DNA of 64,000 nucleotides from Marsupella aquatica (Eukaryota > Plantae > Marchantiophyta). The notes beneath the pieces were generated by a model. It saw nothing but the letters and a program-made list of their open reading frames with translations. It was not told the origin of the DNA and searched no databases. The DNA is taken from positions 14,821,934-14,885,933 of the forward strand of contig OZ316899.1 in NCBI GenBank assembly GCA_973895155.1, written 5' to 3'. Below are positions 38,229 to 50,254 of the stretch, in pieces. The position numbers and the translations under genes were made by a program. Position 1 is the stretch's first letter. Each line of letters starts with the position of its first letter.

Positions 38229-39295
38229 AATTCACAATCGGGCCCCCTGATGTGGCCAGTTAGTCGACAGTAATAGCAAATCGGTGGGTATTTAGTACCA
38301 CCATCCTTATAGGGCCTTCGGTTTGCATTACGATCCGGATTGTAATATCCCTAACTACTCTCCATCCTATCCCCATCTTGTTTGCTTGTTCCTACCTGAT
38401 TTACACCCAGGCTAGGTTTTTTTTTTAAAGGATTTTGGTTGCATTCCTGAGTAGTATGTCCAGGCCTCATATGTATTTCACAGAATTTACGAGTACTAAG
38501 CTCGCCTCGCTCTCGGTTTTCCTTGACTTCTACCTTAGAAGGTTCTATTTTCCGGTTAACCCTCTCTTCATCCTTACTGCTCTCATTCTTTTCCTGGTTA
38601 AGCATTTGAGTAATGCCTTCTAGCCGTATTAATCTTTTCTCGTATTCGTCAGCATTAGAAGTGGGATTTTGTTCTACCACTGTGACTAGACTTCCCTTCA
38701 CAGCCTTTCTCATCCAGCTAATTCGTTGCCCGTCGGACGGTTTGTTAGTTAATCGCCTCATTGTTACCTTTAATCGTCCAATATAGTTATGTACTGGTTC
38801 TCCTTTCTTCTGAGTCATGTTTTGCAGAATGCTATACAAATCAGATTCTTCCTTAGCCCTTCTGTAATGATCTAAGAATTCTTTTGAAAACTCAGGCCAA
38901 GTTTTGAAATGGTCAGCTGCGTATTGAGTGTACCATACAAAAGCCTCCTTGTCCAGTGAGCTGGGAAACAGCTCTAATCGGGCTGTGTTGTTCTGTTCGT
39001 GGTTAGCTCTGAGCATTTCTTCAAACCGTGCTAAGTGGGTATCGGCATCTTCATCAGGTGCTCCCTTGAACATGGGTCTTTTAACCCTTCTGGTAGGAGC
39101 CGATCTCGAACTAGTGCCAGCTCCTTGGTGGGTTTTAAGTCGTTCCATGGCTTCTTCCAGGGGTTCTTCGACCTTATCTTGAGTCCTTGAAGTCTCGATT
39201 CGTTCTTCGACCTCAAGTCTGAGTCTGCTTTCTTGGAAAGGTTTGAACTCCTCTGCCATTTCCCCTTCGTTGGGATTGATGGGCGTCTTGCCCAT
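37982..39295 (-). pseudogene. gag: Gag of gypsy F, with one premature stop at 38351
   Basis: FKGAPDED..HL..F, A..WY, QKKGEPV..Y. After the stop the frame continues through CYYCRLTGHIRGPDC. Confidence 0.85.
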
Positions 39296-39517
39296 TTATC
39301 TTCTGGGTTAGCAAAACCTTTTCTCTGCCTTCAAGCAATATACTCAACGATCAGGTCTTTCTTTACAATGGTGATGTCAAGATCTTATTACTCGTTAATT
39401 TTCACAAAAACAGAGACCTTCTACTGTCTCCTTTACTTGATTAATGCTATAACTTTTGTTAATCAGTTCCTCTCTCTCCTTTGCTCAACTGCGGCTATGC
39501 CCTCTACGAAATGACTC

Positions 39518-40100
39518 CTATTCGCTTAAACTAGGAGTGCAGGCTTCTGGAGCCATGAGTTCCTCGTTAAAGCACATCGTTAATAACTGGTTTAACATAG
39601 AAAACTCAAAACTGTCATGTTGACTCCACATCATACATCTTGGGCAAGCTCCTGCGGTTTCCTCTAGTTTAGAACTTAATTTCCTAGCGATTCTGCCTAT
39701 ATGGAATGCTATCGCAACCGGGTACTCATTTCGATTCCAATGACACCATTCTAAGAGTTTTCTAAGGTCCTCCTTTCTCTTGGGTAGGCGGTACTGCATG
39801 TAGCCTTGAGGTAATCGATCACTTGGTGGCATGGTCGCTGCTGTAACCGCTGCTCCGAACAGAGGATTGCAAATGAATTGCTCGCCTCCTCACGTTCCAG
39901 GTTCCTCCATGCGCTTCTCGAAGTACCAACTCTGTGTGTGTGGGCGTGGTGTAAGCAATTATCATAACATCGCCTTCTCGTGCCCGACTTCTCCCGCTGG
40001 CTAGTATCGAGTGCTCTTTCTCGTTCAGTGTTGCTATGATTGCTGCTTCGGCATCCTTCTCAAAATAGAACATCGTCCAGAACTCCTTCGGCGAGTTCAT
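39518..40100 (-). CDS. Two small overlapping unknown ORFs between the PBS and gag of F (39819-40100, 39518-39832)
   Basis: Sense orientation, ATG starts, overlapping arrangement; no homology recognised. Confidence 0.35.
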
Positions 40101-40218
40101 GTCCCCCGTTCGCCTTTCTGGATTTGCGCGTTTCTCTCTTGGTTCGGACTGCTGGTCGTAGCAGTTGCTCCTCTTTCGGAACCCTCAACGAGGCATTCCC
40201 CAGTATGGTCACCAAAAA

Positions 40219-42085
40219 TGTTAAACGCCAACTTCGACCTTGCGATTAATGGCCGTTTAACTACCTTCTCCTCAGTAATCTCGTTTAAATGATTAACCGT
40301 CCTTCGAGAGGCGGCACTCCTTCTATCTCGACACAGTCCCCGTAAATGAATCCGACCAAGTGCTCTTGAATGTCGAGTTCTGTCTTCCACTTCTTAGGCA
40401 CTTCAGCCTCGGCCAACACCAACCCCTCTCTATACACAATCTCAATGAACCCACACCACTCACGGTAAGTGATCAAGCAAATTGGAATGTTCTCATATAG
40501 TAACTGACGGGAAATAAGATGGGTACCGATAGAACAGATCCACAGTTCCAGTGATCTTAAGGTAATCAAGGAGCAAGACTTGTCATCACTGCTGTCTACA
40601 TTCATGGTTTTTAGTAGCCGTGACCTGATTAAATCCGGCTGTCCTTGGAATCTGCCTGCCTGGCAATTGATTTCCGGATTGTGTGGGTGACTATGACAAG
40701 GTTACCCTAAGCAAGTACCCCAGTATCACGTTTACCCTTGTATGATGGAGGTGTATGACGACCAATGTATCGCCTTCAAAACACACTATCTCCAACCAGA
40801 CACTGCTTCTCACTAGCTGTCTGTTCAACCTATACCTTGAGGCGCTGGCCCGTAAGGTTCTGGTTCGCAATGAGACAATATTCATTCATCGTTGCGATTA
40901 ACGAGTAACAACTTGCTGCATAAGGCAAATTCCTTCTCTCTTTCTCTCTCTCTCTGATTCGACGTTCTCATTCACTGCTCAAGTGCGGACTTCACTCTGT
41001 TGCATTCATTCCAAACTCTCTCTTTATACTCAAAAACTACTCAACTGAGTAGGGACACTATTACAAAATTGCTGGTATTCATAAGGTGAGCGGAGCTCTA
41101 CCTTGCCCCAGACTTCTAGCAAAAAGTGACCGAGCGCCTAGCACTCCACAGCCTCTAAATACCTATGCCTCGTGTCCGTCTTCGCCCGAGGCCTCTACTA
41201 CTTCTTGGGGTGCGCCGATTACAGTTGGACGACTCGCGCCTCCTCTTTGATCTCCTTTGCTCATTTATCAAGAACGCTAACTAATGCCTACCAGAACGAT
41301 GAGTGGAAGCCAAGAACTGCTGATTACTATGTCAAGAAGTTCTGTCTTCCTGGTTACTGAATTGTGCAACGGCCTCCTTGATTCGCTTCGGTTGCGCCTG
41401 ATCCGGAAGCTTCCGGACTTCCGATTGTTAATCTTGCCATATGTGCCTCGACCTCCTGACTTCTTTCATCTTCCTTGGGGTTGCTCGGTTCGCCGGCCAT
41501 GATTACTTGTTCGGCGGTGATTAATCGCCACGTAATCCGCTGATCGTGGCTGTTCTCCCATCTTAGCAGCAGATTCCATTTCTTCCGCATGACCTTTCTA
41601 CAGAGTTCTTCGATGGCCTCGTCGGTGGTGAATCGTTGGCGGAACTCTTCGCCCTTCATTCCAAACAATTGTTGCCCCGCCGCATCCCATACACGACAAC
41701 TTCCTTCTTTGATCCGAATAGTGAACATGAACATAGGCACTCCTTCGCCTAGCGACTTACACTCATGAGCTAACCGATTCCTGCTAACGGGGGTTCCTAT
41801 ATTCGCCCCCCTTTGCCTTCTCTGTCGAGCTCTTGTGCCTAAGGCACATACTCTGCCATCTGCTAGTAGGCCATCACAGCCTTCATAGCAGAACTCAACT
41901 CCTACACGACCGTTAATCAAGATGATCGTCGCCTCCCCTACTTCCAGCCTTTCTGTCATCTCAACAAAATGAATAACCGCTGGTCTTTGCTTACTACTTC
42001 CTAAATACTCTTGGTTGACCTCTAGTTGACACTTCTAAACCTAAAAAAAACTATAATATCGCCGGTGTAATTTTTATCGTTTACA
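40219..42085 (-). repeat. 5' LTR of gypsy F (1867 bp)
   Basis: Direct repeat of 30286-32041 plus a further ~115 bp ending in tttaca. Confidence 0.93.
41354..41959 (-). CDS. LTR-encoded RPA70C-like OB-fold protein (5' LTR copy)
   Basis: Second intact 201-aa copy of 31423-32028. Confidence 0.6.
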   Translation of the reverse strand: MTERLEVGEATIILINGRVGVEFCYEGCDGLLADGRVCALGTRARQRRQRGANIGTPVSRNRLAHECKSLGEGVPMFMFTIRIKEGSCRVWDAAGQQLFGMKGEEFRQRFTTDEAIEELCRKVMRKKWNLLLRWENSHDQRITWRLITAEQVIMAGEPSNPKEDERSQEVEAHMARLTIGSPEASGSGATEANQGGRCTIQ

Positions 42086-42189
42086 CCCCCCAACTGGTCC
42101 CATTGGCAGTAGAACGTCGTGACTCACCACCACCACCACCACTCCCTCCTAACTGGCTAGGGGCACCATGACTAGCCGCTGGAGGACCT

Positions 42190-42730
42190 GAGTGGTGAGA
42201 GACCCCACCACCACCGCCTCCACTCCCTCCAGATGTGCTTGAGGCACATCCACCACCCCCAATGCTGCCTGCATGCTGAGAGACACCGCCACCACTGCCT
42301 GCACTCCCTCCAGACTGGCCAGGGGCATGTCGACCACCCCCAGTGCTGTCCGCATGTTGAGAGACACCACCACCACTACCTGCACTCCCTCCGGACTGGC
42401 CAGGGGCATGTCGACCACCCCTAGTGCTGCCTCCATGGTGAGAGACTCCACCACCACCGCCTGCACTCCCTCCGGACTGGCCAAGGGCATGTCGACCACT
42501 CCCAGTGCTGCCTCCATGGTGAGAGACTCCACCACCACCGCCTGCACTCCCTCTGGACTGGCCAAGGGCATGTCGACCACTCCCAGTGCTGCCTCCATGG
42601 TGAGAGACTCCACCACCACCGCCTGCACTCCCTCCAGACTGGCCACCCCCAGTGCGGCCAGAGTGCCAAGACCCTCCACCGTCGGCTGCACTCCCTCCAA
42701 CCTGGCCACCCCCAGTGCGGCCAGAGTGGC
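42190..42730. repeat. 81-bp tandem repeat (about 5-6 copies plus shorter derivatives), probably a Gly/Ser-rich coding tail of CACTA ORF2
   Basis: 27-aa periodicity in the translated frames; one minus frame reads GQSGGSAGGGGGVSHHGGSTGSGRHAL. Confidence 0.85.
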
Positions 42731-43879
42731 CAGAGCCTCCAGAGCCACTCCCAACTATGCCTAACTGCTGAGAGCCTCTAGAACACCCTTCCCCGTGGGG
42801 CTCTAATCGGCGAGACCCACCAACAGCATGTCGTGCAACAACATGTTGCAGGCCCTAAGTGTCAGCTCTACCAGCAACCCCTGATTGGTGTCGGCCACTA
42901 GAACCAACCCCTATGGCTCTCGACTGGTGTGCTCTAGGGGCCCGACTAGCACCACCTCTGCCAGCCCTACTCCGTGACGCTGGAACACCATGATCCTCAC
43001 CCCGTCAAGTCGAGTGGCAAGGACCACTAACACCGTCCCTAACTGCTCCAGACCGGCGAGATGTGGGTGCGGCCACAATTGACTCCTCTGGGCCCAACGA
43101 CTTTGCATCTGAATTGTTCGCCCCTAAGCCCTCCTTCGAGTCCTCACCCTCCGACCCCTCCTCCTCTGAGCCCTACATATATCCAACTAGCAATCCAGTT
43201 AGTGTATGCTCCATCTTACCACAGAATTTTCATCAACCAATTAAGACATTGCATTCAGAGGATTGTCCATACCGAACCCAACTCCTCCTCCATGTGAATC
43301 TTGAGAGCTCGCGGTCCATGCTTCTTAGCCAACTCCCTCTTGTCTGGTAAGATCGGCCGCCCATGCTCACGCTCCTACACCCCACACAAAATGGCCCCAA
43401 CATCAAATTGTCCCCCATTAGTCCCTCCCTATCACACCCCAAGTAGTCCTACATCCTCACACCCCCAAATACATGTACAATGGCCTTTGGATCCTACTAA
43501 CAAATCTACCAAGGATTACCGATAAAAATTCAAATTATCCGATTACCCAAGTATCGGACCCCTCGTGCTAAAATATCGGACACACTGTCCGAATGTTGAT
43601 CCGATACTGATACTATTGGATCATAATCGGACCCCAATTTCAAAAAAAGGTGTGATAACACTTCCAATTATGGGTCCGATACCGACAGAATTGGACCGGT
43701 ATCGAAAAAACCGGCCCAGGAAAGAAAAAATACAGTGCCGAGAGCGGGCCTGACTTGCAGGACTCACCTCGACAATAAGAAGGGACTAGCTTTGGGTTGG
43801 GGCTCTTTAGGCATACACAAGCCTCAGATGATCAAGAAAATTGAGGTGAGGAGCTTGGACAGAGGAGGGGGAGTACTTA

Positions 43880-45000
43880 CAAACTCTGCCTTGAGACGTT
43901 GCGACCCACCCCGCCCCATCCGTTGAGTGATTACTGGCCTATTGTCAACTCGAAGCAATGCTTTCAGGATTTGTGAGGGAGGGTCTCCAAGCTGAACTGA
44001 TCTTGCTTCCCAATGCTGCAGGTTGCTCTGAGCATGGCGGGTGTCAACAGTCTCCCCTGCTTGGGCCTTGGTGGCAAGCTCTTCTAATTCGGCCTGCCAG
44101 TACCGTCTTGCCTGCCAAGCTCAAACTTGTAGCTTGGTCTTGATCCAAGCTGCCCATACATCTGGTGGTAGATCAACTGGGCACCCCCTCTGCCTGATCA
44201 CCTCCTCATTTTCCTTGCATTCACCAAGGTATTTCCTGAGCTTCTCCCTGACATGGTTCCTTCTGTCTGCAAGTGAGAGGCTGATTTTTTTGATTCAAGA
44301 ACCTGTCATCAAGGAATGATCCATTGGAAAACCTCTCCTTCACCTGCTCACGAACTCTGAATTTCTCCTATTCATTTTGCTTCCCCCAGTAGTCTAACAC
44401 CCCAAAATGGGATCTAAGTACCTGCCCAAGCTGACTCCTGAAGAGATTATAGTTCTTGGCCCTGGGAGCTCCTCCACTATTCAAAAACAACTTTGGCCGC
44501 TTGCTTCGCTCCTCTGCTTGCTGTTTCTCCTCCTCTGCTCTCTTCCTCTCTGCAGCCCATGTTTCTTTACGCAGGGCTTTCTCTCTCTGTCTTGGTGAGA
44601 GGGCCTCCGCGGGGATGCTCCGCTTCTCATCCCTTTGCTTCCTCTTCTTTTCTTTCTCCCTTTGCTGCCTTTCCTTGAATGCTTTCTCAGCTTCTGAAAT
44701 AATTGTGCCCTTTGAAGAGTCAATCAATCCCTGTGTCAATGCAGCAACCTGTTGTGCAACTTCTATTGAGAGCCCTATTTGCGTTTGAAAAATGGCTCTC
44801 ATAATGTCCCCAAAGTTTTGAGATGGCCCGGCTCCATCTCCTGCAGATCCTCCGGCTCCCCCGACTGCTCTGGCTCCCCCGGCTCCACCTCCTGCCCCTC
44901 CATTGTTCCCCTCCATAGCCATAAGCTCCTCCCGGCCTTCAATTCCAGTTCGTGACCATGCACCTCCCCGGCTTTTACCAAAGAAAACATCTCCCGACAC
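43880..45000 (-). pseudogene. CACTA accessory ORF2 (TnpA/TNP1-like), first exon; the 3' part probably extends to ~30042 across gypsy F
   Basis: ORF 44368-45000 appears to continue past a stop and frameshift to MGRGGSQRLKAEF, followed by a gtaagt donor. Divergent from the transposase gene. Confidence 0.5.
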
Positions 45001-45902
45001 TCTTTCGATGCAAAGCCCGACTAAGAAGGAGTGGCACTTTGGTCGGGAAACCTAAAACTTGTCCGACTATGGATCCGATTCTTACAACATCGGAACAAGC
45101 GATGCTATAATTATCGGAAACATAGTGGATGTCCGATTCTTACAGCATCGGACCCCTCTTGTTAATTCCTTGTATTACTCATGTCCGAAGTTTTTTCCGA
45201 TAGAATAACTATGGCAATTAATTTGGTTGTATGTTTGATGACCCTATGTTGGTTCTATGTGTTTAAGCAGGGTTTTAGGGATAGGGTTGACCGTTGGAGC
45301 TGCGGTCCCTTCTCATTGTGTGGTTTGGAGGTGGTTGGTATGTATAGATGTTGCAAGTTATATTTGAGAGTTGTGTGGTATTTACATTGTGACATTTTGG
45401 GGGCAAAATATGGATTCACCTAGCTAGCTAACCTTATGCATACAATGACATGCCAAATTTTGCAGTTCTTTTTTGCAGAGGGTTAAGTCACTCAGTTTTT
45501 GCGGAGGGTTAGGTTGCTGAGATTTTTTGGGGGTCCATTTTTGTAATGCATCATGCACAGCGAGAGCCCGCACGCCTGAAAGGTATGGTTGGACCACTCT
45601 AAAAGGTTCTGGAGGTGAATGTTGGGAGGTGCCCGGCATAGGTCGGCCCCCTAGCCAACTATAATTATGGTCATACAGAGGTTAATTATTGATCTTGTTC
45701 CACACTAATTAAGTTGAAGTGTTCTTGTGCAGTAATTTCAGACTTGTCTTAGCATATAGTCTAAGGCCAAGATCCTAGTTGGCACTGCAGAGCGCGGGTC
45801 TCATTAAGGTATTATTGATTTAAACATTTTTTTGTTTTGCCTTAAGACATATATATATGTAAGTCACAATGGTGCGGATTCTAAAATATAGTGACATTGT
45901 GT

Positions 45903-46148
45903 ATGGATGATGGGCAGATGTCCAGTTCTGGGAGTTCTGAGTCAAACTCAAACTCAACCTCGTCATCTTCTGAGGGGGACGTTCCTCCTCCCCCTCCTCG
46001 GACTCAATGTCCTCCTCCTATAGGACCTATTCCATGCTGGTGTGTTAGATGTAAAGGCATGGTGGTTCGTCAAGCCTGGGAAGCCATTGAGCACATTGAG
46101 AACTATGGCCGACATGAGGGTGATTTACCTGGATATTCTGCTCGCCAG
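45903..46148 (+). CDS. First exon of the CACTA transposase/SET transcription unit (transposase-associated Cys/His motif)
   Basis: IPCWCVRCKG...EHIENYG motif; phase-0 donor cag|gtatgc at 46148/46149. Confidence 0.65.
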
Positions 46149-46247
46149 GTATGCATCATTTATTGCGCTTGGAGACATTGATATGCACAAGTTGTAACAT
46201 TGCACCCATACATTTATTAATTGTTGGTATTTTTTGTGATTGAATAG

Positions 46248-47162
46248 GTGCCTCGTAGGACCTCTCCTCCATTGGTCTCTAATGACTTATGGGTAAACAC
46301 ACTTTTGGCTGGTGCAAGAGAGTTGTTAGCAGCATCATCAGATCCCCCTCAATGTAGCCTCCCTTGTGTTGATCCGGAGACTATACCAGTTCCATCTAGG
46401 GTTGGTTGCACCCGAGCAGGTTCCCGAAGACAACGGCATCGTTATGAACCCTTGGGTGTGCATGAGACCGAGCACCAAGTTCTGCACCATACTCATAGAG
46501 TACCGCCAGGAGAGGACTATGTGGAAGTGGAAGGGAGGTTGGGGCTTTCATATGTCACTGGGAAGGCATTGATAGTCTTGAAGGATTTCTCATCTGAGAG
46601 ATTCAAAATACGCCCTGGCCTAACCATTGACACTCCTATCCACATATGGGGTCACCAATGGATAGTGAAGGCATCCTCCCTTGGTCCCGACATAGGATTT
46701 GGCGTATTTGCCTTGGAGGACATTTTGGTCCCTGCAAAGCCATGGCCCCGAGGTTATGATGGGGAGCACCTATTTCCATATATTGGTCCCGTATACACTT
46801 CAAAAAGTTGGAACATTCTATTGCGCCAACACCCATCTTGGGGTGTCTATGCATTGCAAATGGATTCTGATCCAGATGAGGTCATACAGAGGCCTTGGCA
46901 TTCTCGGATGATTGATGGGGACCCTGTTCGCTCTGACAACATAGCCGGGTACATCAATAGTACTCGTGGGAGAGGGAGAGGACTTAGGCCTAATGTTGAG
47001 TGGATACAAATATTTGGTCCACCTAGAGAGCCTTATTATGTAAAACACATGGATGACCATGTCATGACTGTAGCCATTACAACCATTAGGGCTGGCGAGG
47101 AGTTGTTTTGCGACTATGAGTGGGATGCTCCCAAGAAAGCATTCCTTTCTCGCCCTGTGTAG
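46248..47162 (+). CDS. SET-domain protein exon (putative lysine methyltransferase) within CACTA E
   Basis: VKASSLG..IGFGVFALEDI, PYIG, IDGDP..NIAGYINS, PNVEW, TIRAGEELFCDY; intact 304-aa frame after a tag| acceptor. Confidence 0.85.
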   Translation: MPRRTSPPLVSNDLWVNTLLAGARELLAASSDPPQCSLPCVDPETIPVPSRVGCTRAGSRRQRHRYEPLGVHETEHQVLHHTHRVPPGEDYVEVEGRLGLSYVTGKALIVLKDFSSERFKIRPGLTIDTPIHIWGHQWIVKASSLGPDIGFGVFALEDILVPAKPWPRGYDGEHLFPYIGPVYTSKSWNILLRQHPSWGVYALQMDSDPDEVIQRPWHSRMIDGDPVRSDNIAGYINSTRGRGRGLRPNVEWIQIFGPPREPYYVKHMDDHVMTVAITTIRAGEELFCDYEWDAPKKAFLSRPV

Positions 47163-47325
47163 GGCAGACATGTATATACCACCTCTTTTGTTGAATATAA
47201 AATACATGACAATGGTTTCCAAACAAATTTGGTTCTTTGTATAAATAAATCCTAAACCCTAAACCCTAAAACACTTGTCTCATTGTGGGTTTCTTCTAAT
47301 ATTTATGTATGTTTGTGAACGCTAG

Positions 47326-49220
47326 AATGCGTATGTTCAACCAGATGTGGGGGTATTATCACAAGCAATGCGGCAACACCTTGTCGAGGCCATGGAAGAT
47401 TGGTGTAGGGCTCAAGCTTCAGCGAATAAAGATATCCCTCCTGAGCAAGTATCTAATGCCACCAATGACAGACTTGAGGATGAGAGGGCCATGGATGATC
47501 TCATGCACTAGTTCTATGACATAGAGAATGGTGACCATGGTATGGGTGATGCATTTGACACCACAGCACATGCTCATCATGACATTCCTTCACGTCGAGG
47601 TTCCCACTCTAGACAATGGGAGGAAGCTCGTGACCATGCACAAACAAGGATTTTTTAGGGGTCACAACTGTCTTGACTATCAGGAACAATGTTATTGTTG
47701 AACTTGGAACAAAGACATGGTGCAAGCAATCTCCTTCTTGATGATCTTTTCAGGACTTTGCATAGTCGGATTTTGCCAGAAGGGAACTGCTTGCCTAGTT
47801 CCTGGAAAGCAGCAAAAAAGGTGTTGAAATCCATAGGTCTCAAATACGAAGTCATACATGCTTGTGTGAATGATTGTGTTCTCTTTAGGGGGGAACACAA
47901 AGATGCCACTACATGTCCTACATGTGACCAACCGAGGTATCGAGAGGACATGCTCATTGGAAAAGTAGCACAGAAGGTCATGAGGTATTTTCCTCTTATC
48001 CCTAGATTACGGCACTAGTACCGATGTGCGGAGTTGGCTGAGTATACGGTGTGGCATTCCAAGAACCAGTCAGATATGACTTCAGATCCGCCCACCATGC
48101 GTATGATGGTGGACTCACCTGCCAATAGGTTTGTGGAGGACCGATGGGGTGAGTTCAAGACAGATCCACGTCATGTACGTCTAGGTTTGGCATCAGATGG
48201 GATCAGCCCCTTTGCATTGGCAGGGAAGGCCCAACCATACTCAGTTTGGCCAGTAGTCCTTACAAATTATAACATCCCTCCATGGATGGCCATGAAGAAA
48301 GGTCATTTGCTGCTCTCAATGATTATCCCAGGCCCCAAACAAGTAAAAAAGATTGATGTTTACTTGCAACAATTGTTGGAGGAGCTTCAACAACTATGGA
48401 GAGGAGTGGATTGCTATGATGGTTGAGTGCTTACGGGTGGTTTACCTCATGAATTTAAATTGAAAGCCATCTGTATGTGGACCATACACGATCTTCCGGG
48501 TATGTGGAAATATACCTCACCCCATATAAATTATGCATGGTTTGTCATTTCTGGATAATATACCTCACCCCATATTAATTATCATATATTGGACCCCTGG
48601 CCATTGTTTAATGTATGCAGTGGGTGTGAACATTGTAGGGTTTGGATATATCTCTGGGTTGCAGGTCTCGGGATACCGAGCTTGCCCAACTTGTGGGCCC
48701 GATTTGGAGGGAGTGGCTCGCCCAAAGTCTACCACCCTACGGAGATAGTTTACATTGGTCACACAAAGTATCTCCCCCCAGAGCATGAATGGAGGCGTGA
48801 CCCATTCTTATACGACACAGATGATGGCCAACCAGACACACGCCCTCAACCAGTGCCAAGGGATCCACATTATTGGAAAGATGTATGGGATAGAGTGACA
48901 GACCCGGATGATCCATTACAGTTGACTCGGTGTGGCATGACTCGATTGTCTGCATTAATGTCAAAGCTGCCATATTGGGCTGAGATGCCAATTAACCATT
49001 TGTTTGACCCTATGCACATTGAGGGGAATGTTGGGAGGTCATTGATTCGCCATCTATATGGAGAGAAAGACAACAACTAGAGAGAGAGTTGTGAGAAGAT
49101 GGGGATGCATGGCCCTCATGGGTTTTGGCCATCTATGGATCCTCCTAATGCCCCCCTTACTATTCACCCTCCTTGGGTATTGACCAGAGGTGAGCGGACT
49201 GAGTTTCGCAAACGTATAGG
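47326..49220 (+). pseudogene. CACTA TnpD/TNP2 transposase, 5' part
   Basis: IHACVNDCVLF..CPTC, YFPLIPRL, RLGLASDGISPF, YSVWPV, IIPGPKQ..IDVYL, WTIHDLP, intron ~48500-48638, ACPTCG, DPMHIEGNV; several stops. Confidence 0.92.
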
Positions 49221-49933
49221 TGTCGTGACATATAGTATCGTAGCCATAGTGTATCAAAAACATACAAGTCACCGGCAAGGCATATGTGCAAGCTGCTAGC
49301 AACCAACATGCATAGAAAAAGTCCAATCACATTCACAAGTGCCAAGAAAAAGCAAATGAAGTGGTATGTACATAGTGGAGGTGTAAACCTCTGTATAATA
49401 AAAGGCGTAAGAGAAACAATCGTACTGAAATCGAATCAAAAACCGGCGGGATGCCAAGATCGGTCGGGAGCATCTAACGAATCACTATGTGAATCCCGTG
49501 TACGGAACCGACGAGCACTGTCTGAGCTCTGTCAATAACGATTCAAGAAGAACTGAAAACCCATAAAGAAAGACATGCCCTAAGTAAACAAAGTCTTGGC
49601 GTCACACTAACAAGCGTGTTTGCTTCAAGAACGCCTGGCATTTGCTATAAGAACATGTTGCTAACTCAAGTAGTACACTAGCCCTAACTACATACCTAGC
49701 GGGCATGCGAGGGACATGCCGATGTGCATAAGAGGCACTATCCCTCAGCATGACAGCTGTCGTGACACATAGTATCGTAGCCATAGTGTATCAAAAACAT
49801 ACAAGTCGTCGACAAGGCATATGTGCAAGCTGCTAACAACCAACATGCATAGAAAAAGTCCAATCACATTCACAAGTGCCAAGAAAAAGCAAATGAAGTG
49901 GTATGTACGTAGTGGAGGTGTAAACCTCTGTAT
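49221..49933 (-). repeat. Composite 3' terminal repeat block of G (sense order R2-gc-R1-R2)
   Basis: Two copies of the 176-bp R2, one of the 359-bp R1, palindromic junction catgaca-gc-tgtcgtg at 49749-49764; G7 PPT at 49934-49940. Confidence 0.92.
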
Positions 49934-49972
49934 CCCCCCCAGATCACAGCCAAAAGGAGGGCTGAAGAAAAT

Positions 49973-50254
49973 TCAGGTAGCACGTGGAGCACAGGAAGGG
50001 CAAAACCATAACCCTTTTGGCACCTGGGTAAGTTCAGGCCAAAGGCAGAAAAGACGGTACCCTCCATTGCAATTGTCACACAGCAGCATCTGGTCAACAT
50101 CATCAATTTGCAAACACAATTTGCAAGGGTAGTCCATAGGTGGAATCCAAGTAGAAGTCACAATGGTGGGATCTAGGTTAGGCAAATGACAAGGGGCGCA
50201 ATTCTTGGCATTGTCAGCAATTGTGCACCCATCTGCCCCTTGTAACTCTAGCAC
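49973..50254 (-). CDS. PHD finger at the integrase C-terminus of G (frameshifted from pol)
   Basis: CKLC...MLLCDNCNGGY(R)LFCL.PEL..VPKGLWFCPSC matches C4HC3 with His changed to Arg. Confidence 0.9.
   Translation of the reverse strand: MLELQGADGCTIADNAKNCAPCHLPNLDPTIVTSTWIPPMDYPCKLCLQIDDVDQMLLCDNCNGGYRLFCLWPELTQVPKGLWFCPSCAPRAT

Larger units (their letters stand above)
30286..42085 (-). mobile_element. Ty3/gypsy element F (no chromodomain) with extra ORFs
   Basis: LTRs at 40219-42085 (5', complete) and 30286-32041 (3', truncated); ends tgttaaacg/cgtttaca; TSD CCCCC at 30281-30285 and 42086-42090; PBS-like tggtgaccatactgggga next to the 5' LTR. Confidence 0.92.

Noticed and set aside
42190-42730. 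Regular repeat array as a CRISPR or a host repeat-protein gene
   Set aside because: Head-to-tail 81-bp units with no unique spacers, lying inside the CACTA. Several frames are open simply because the unit length is a multiple of 3.
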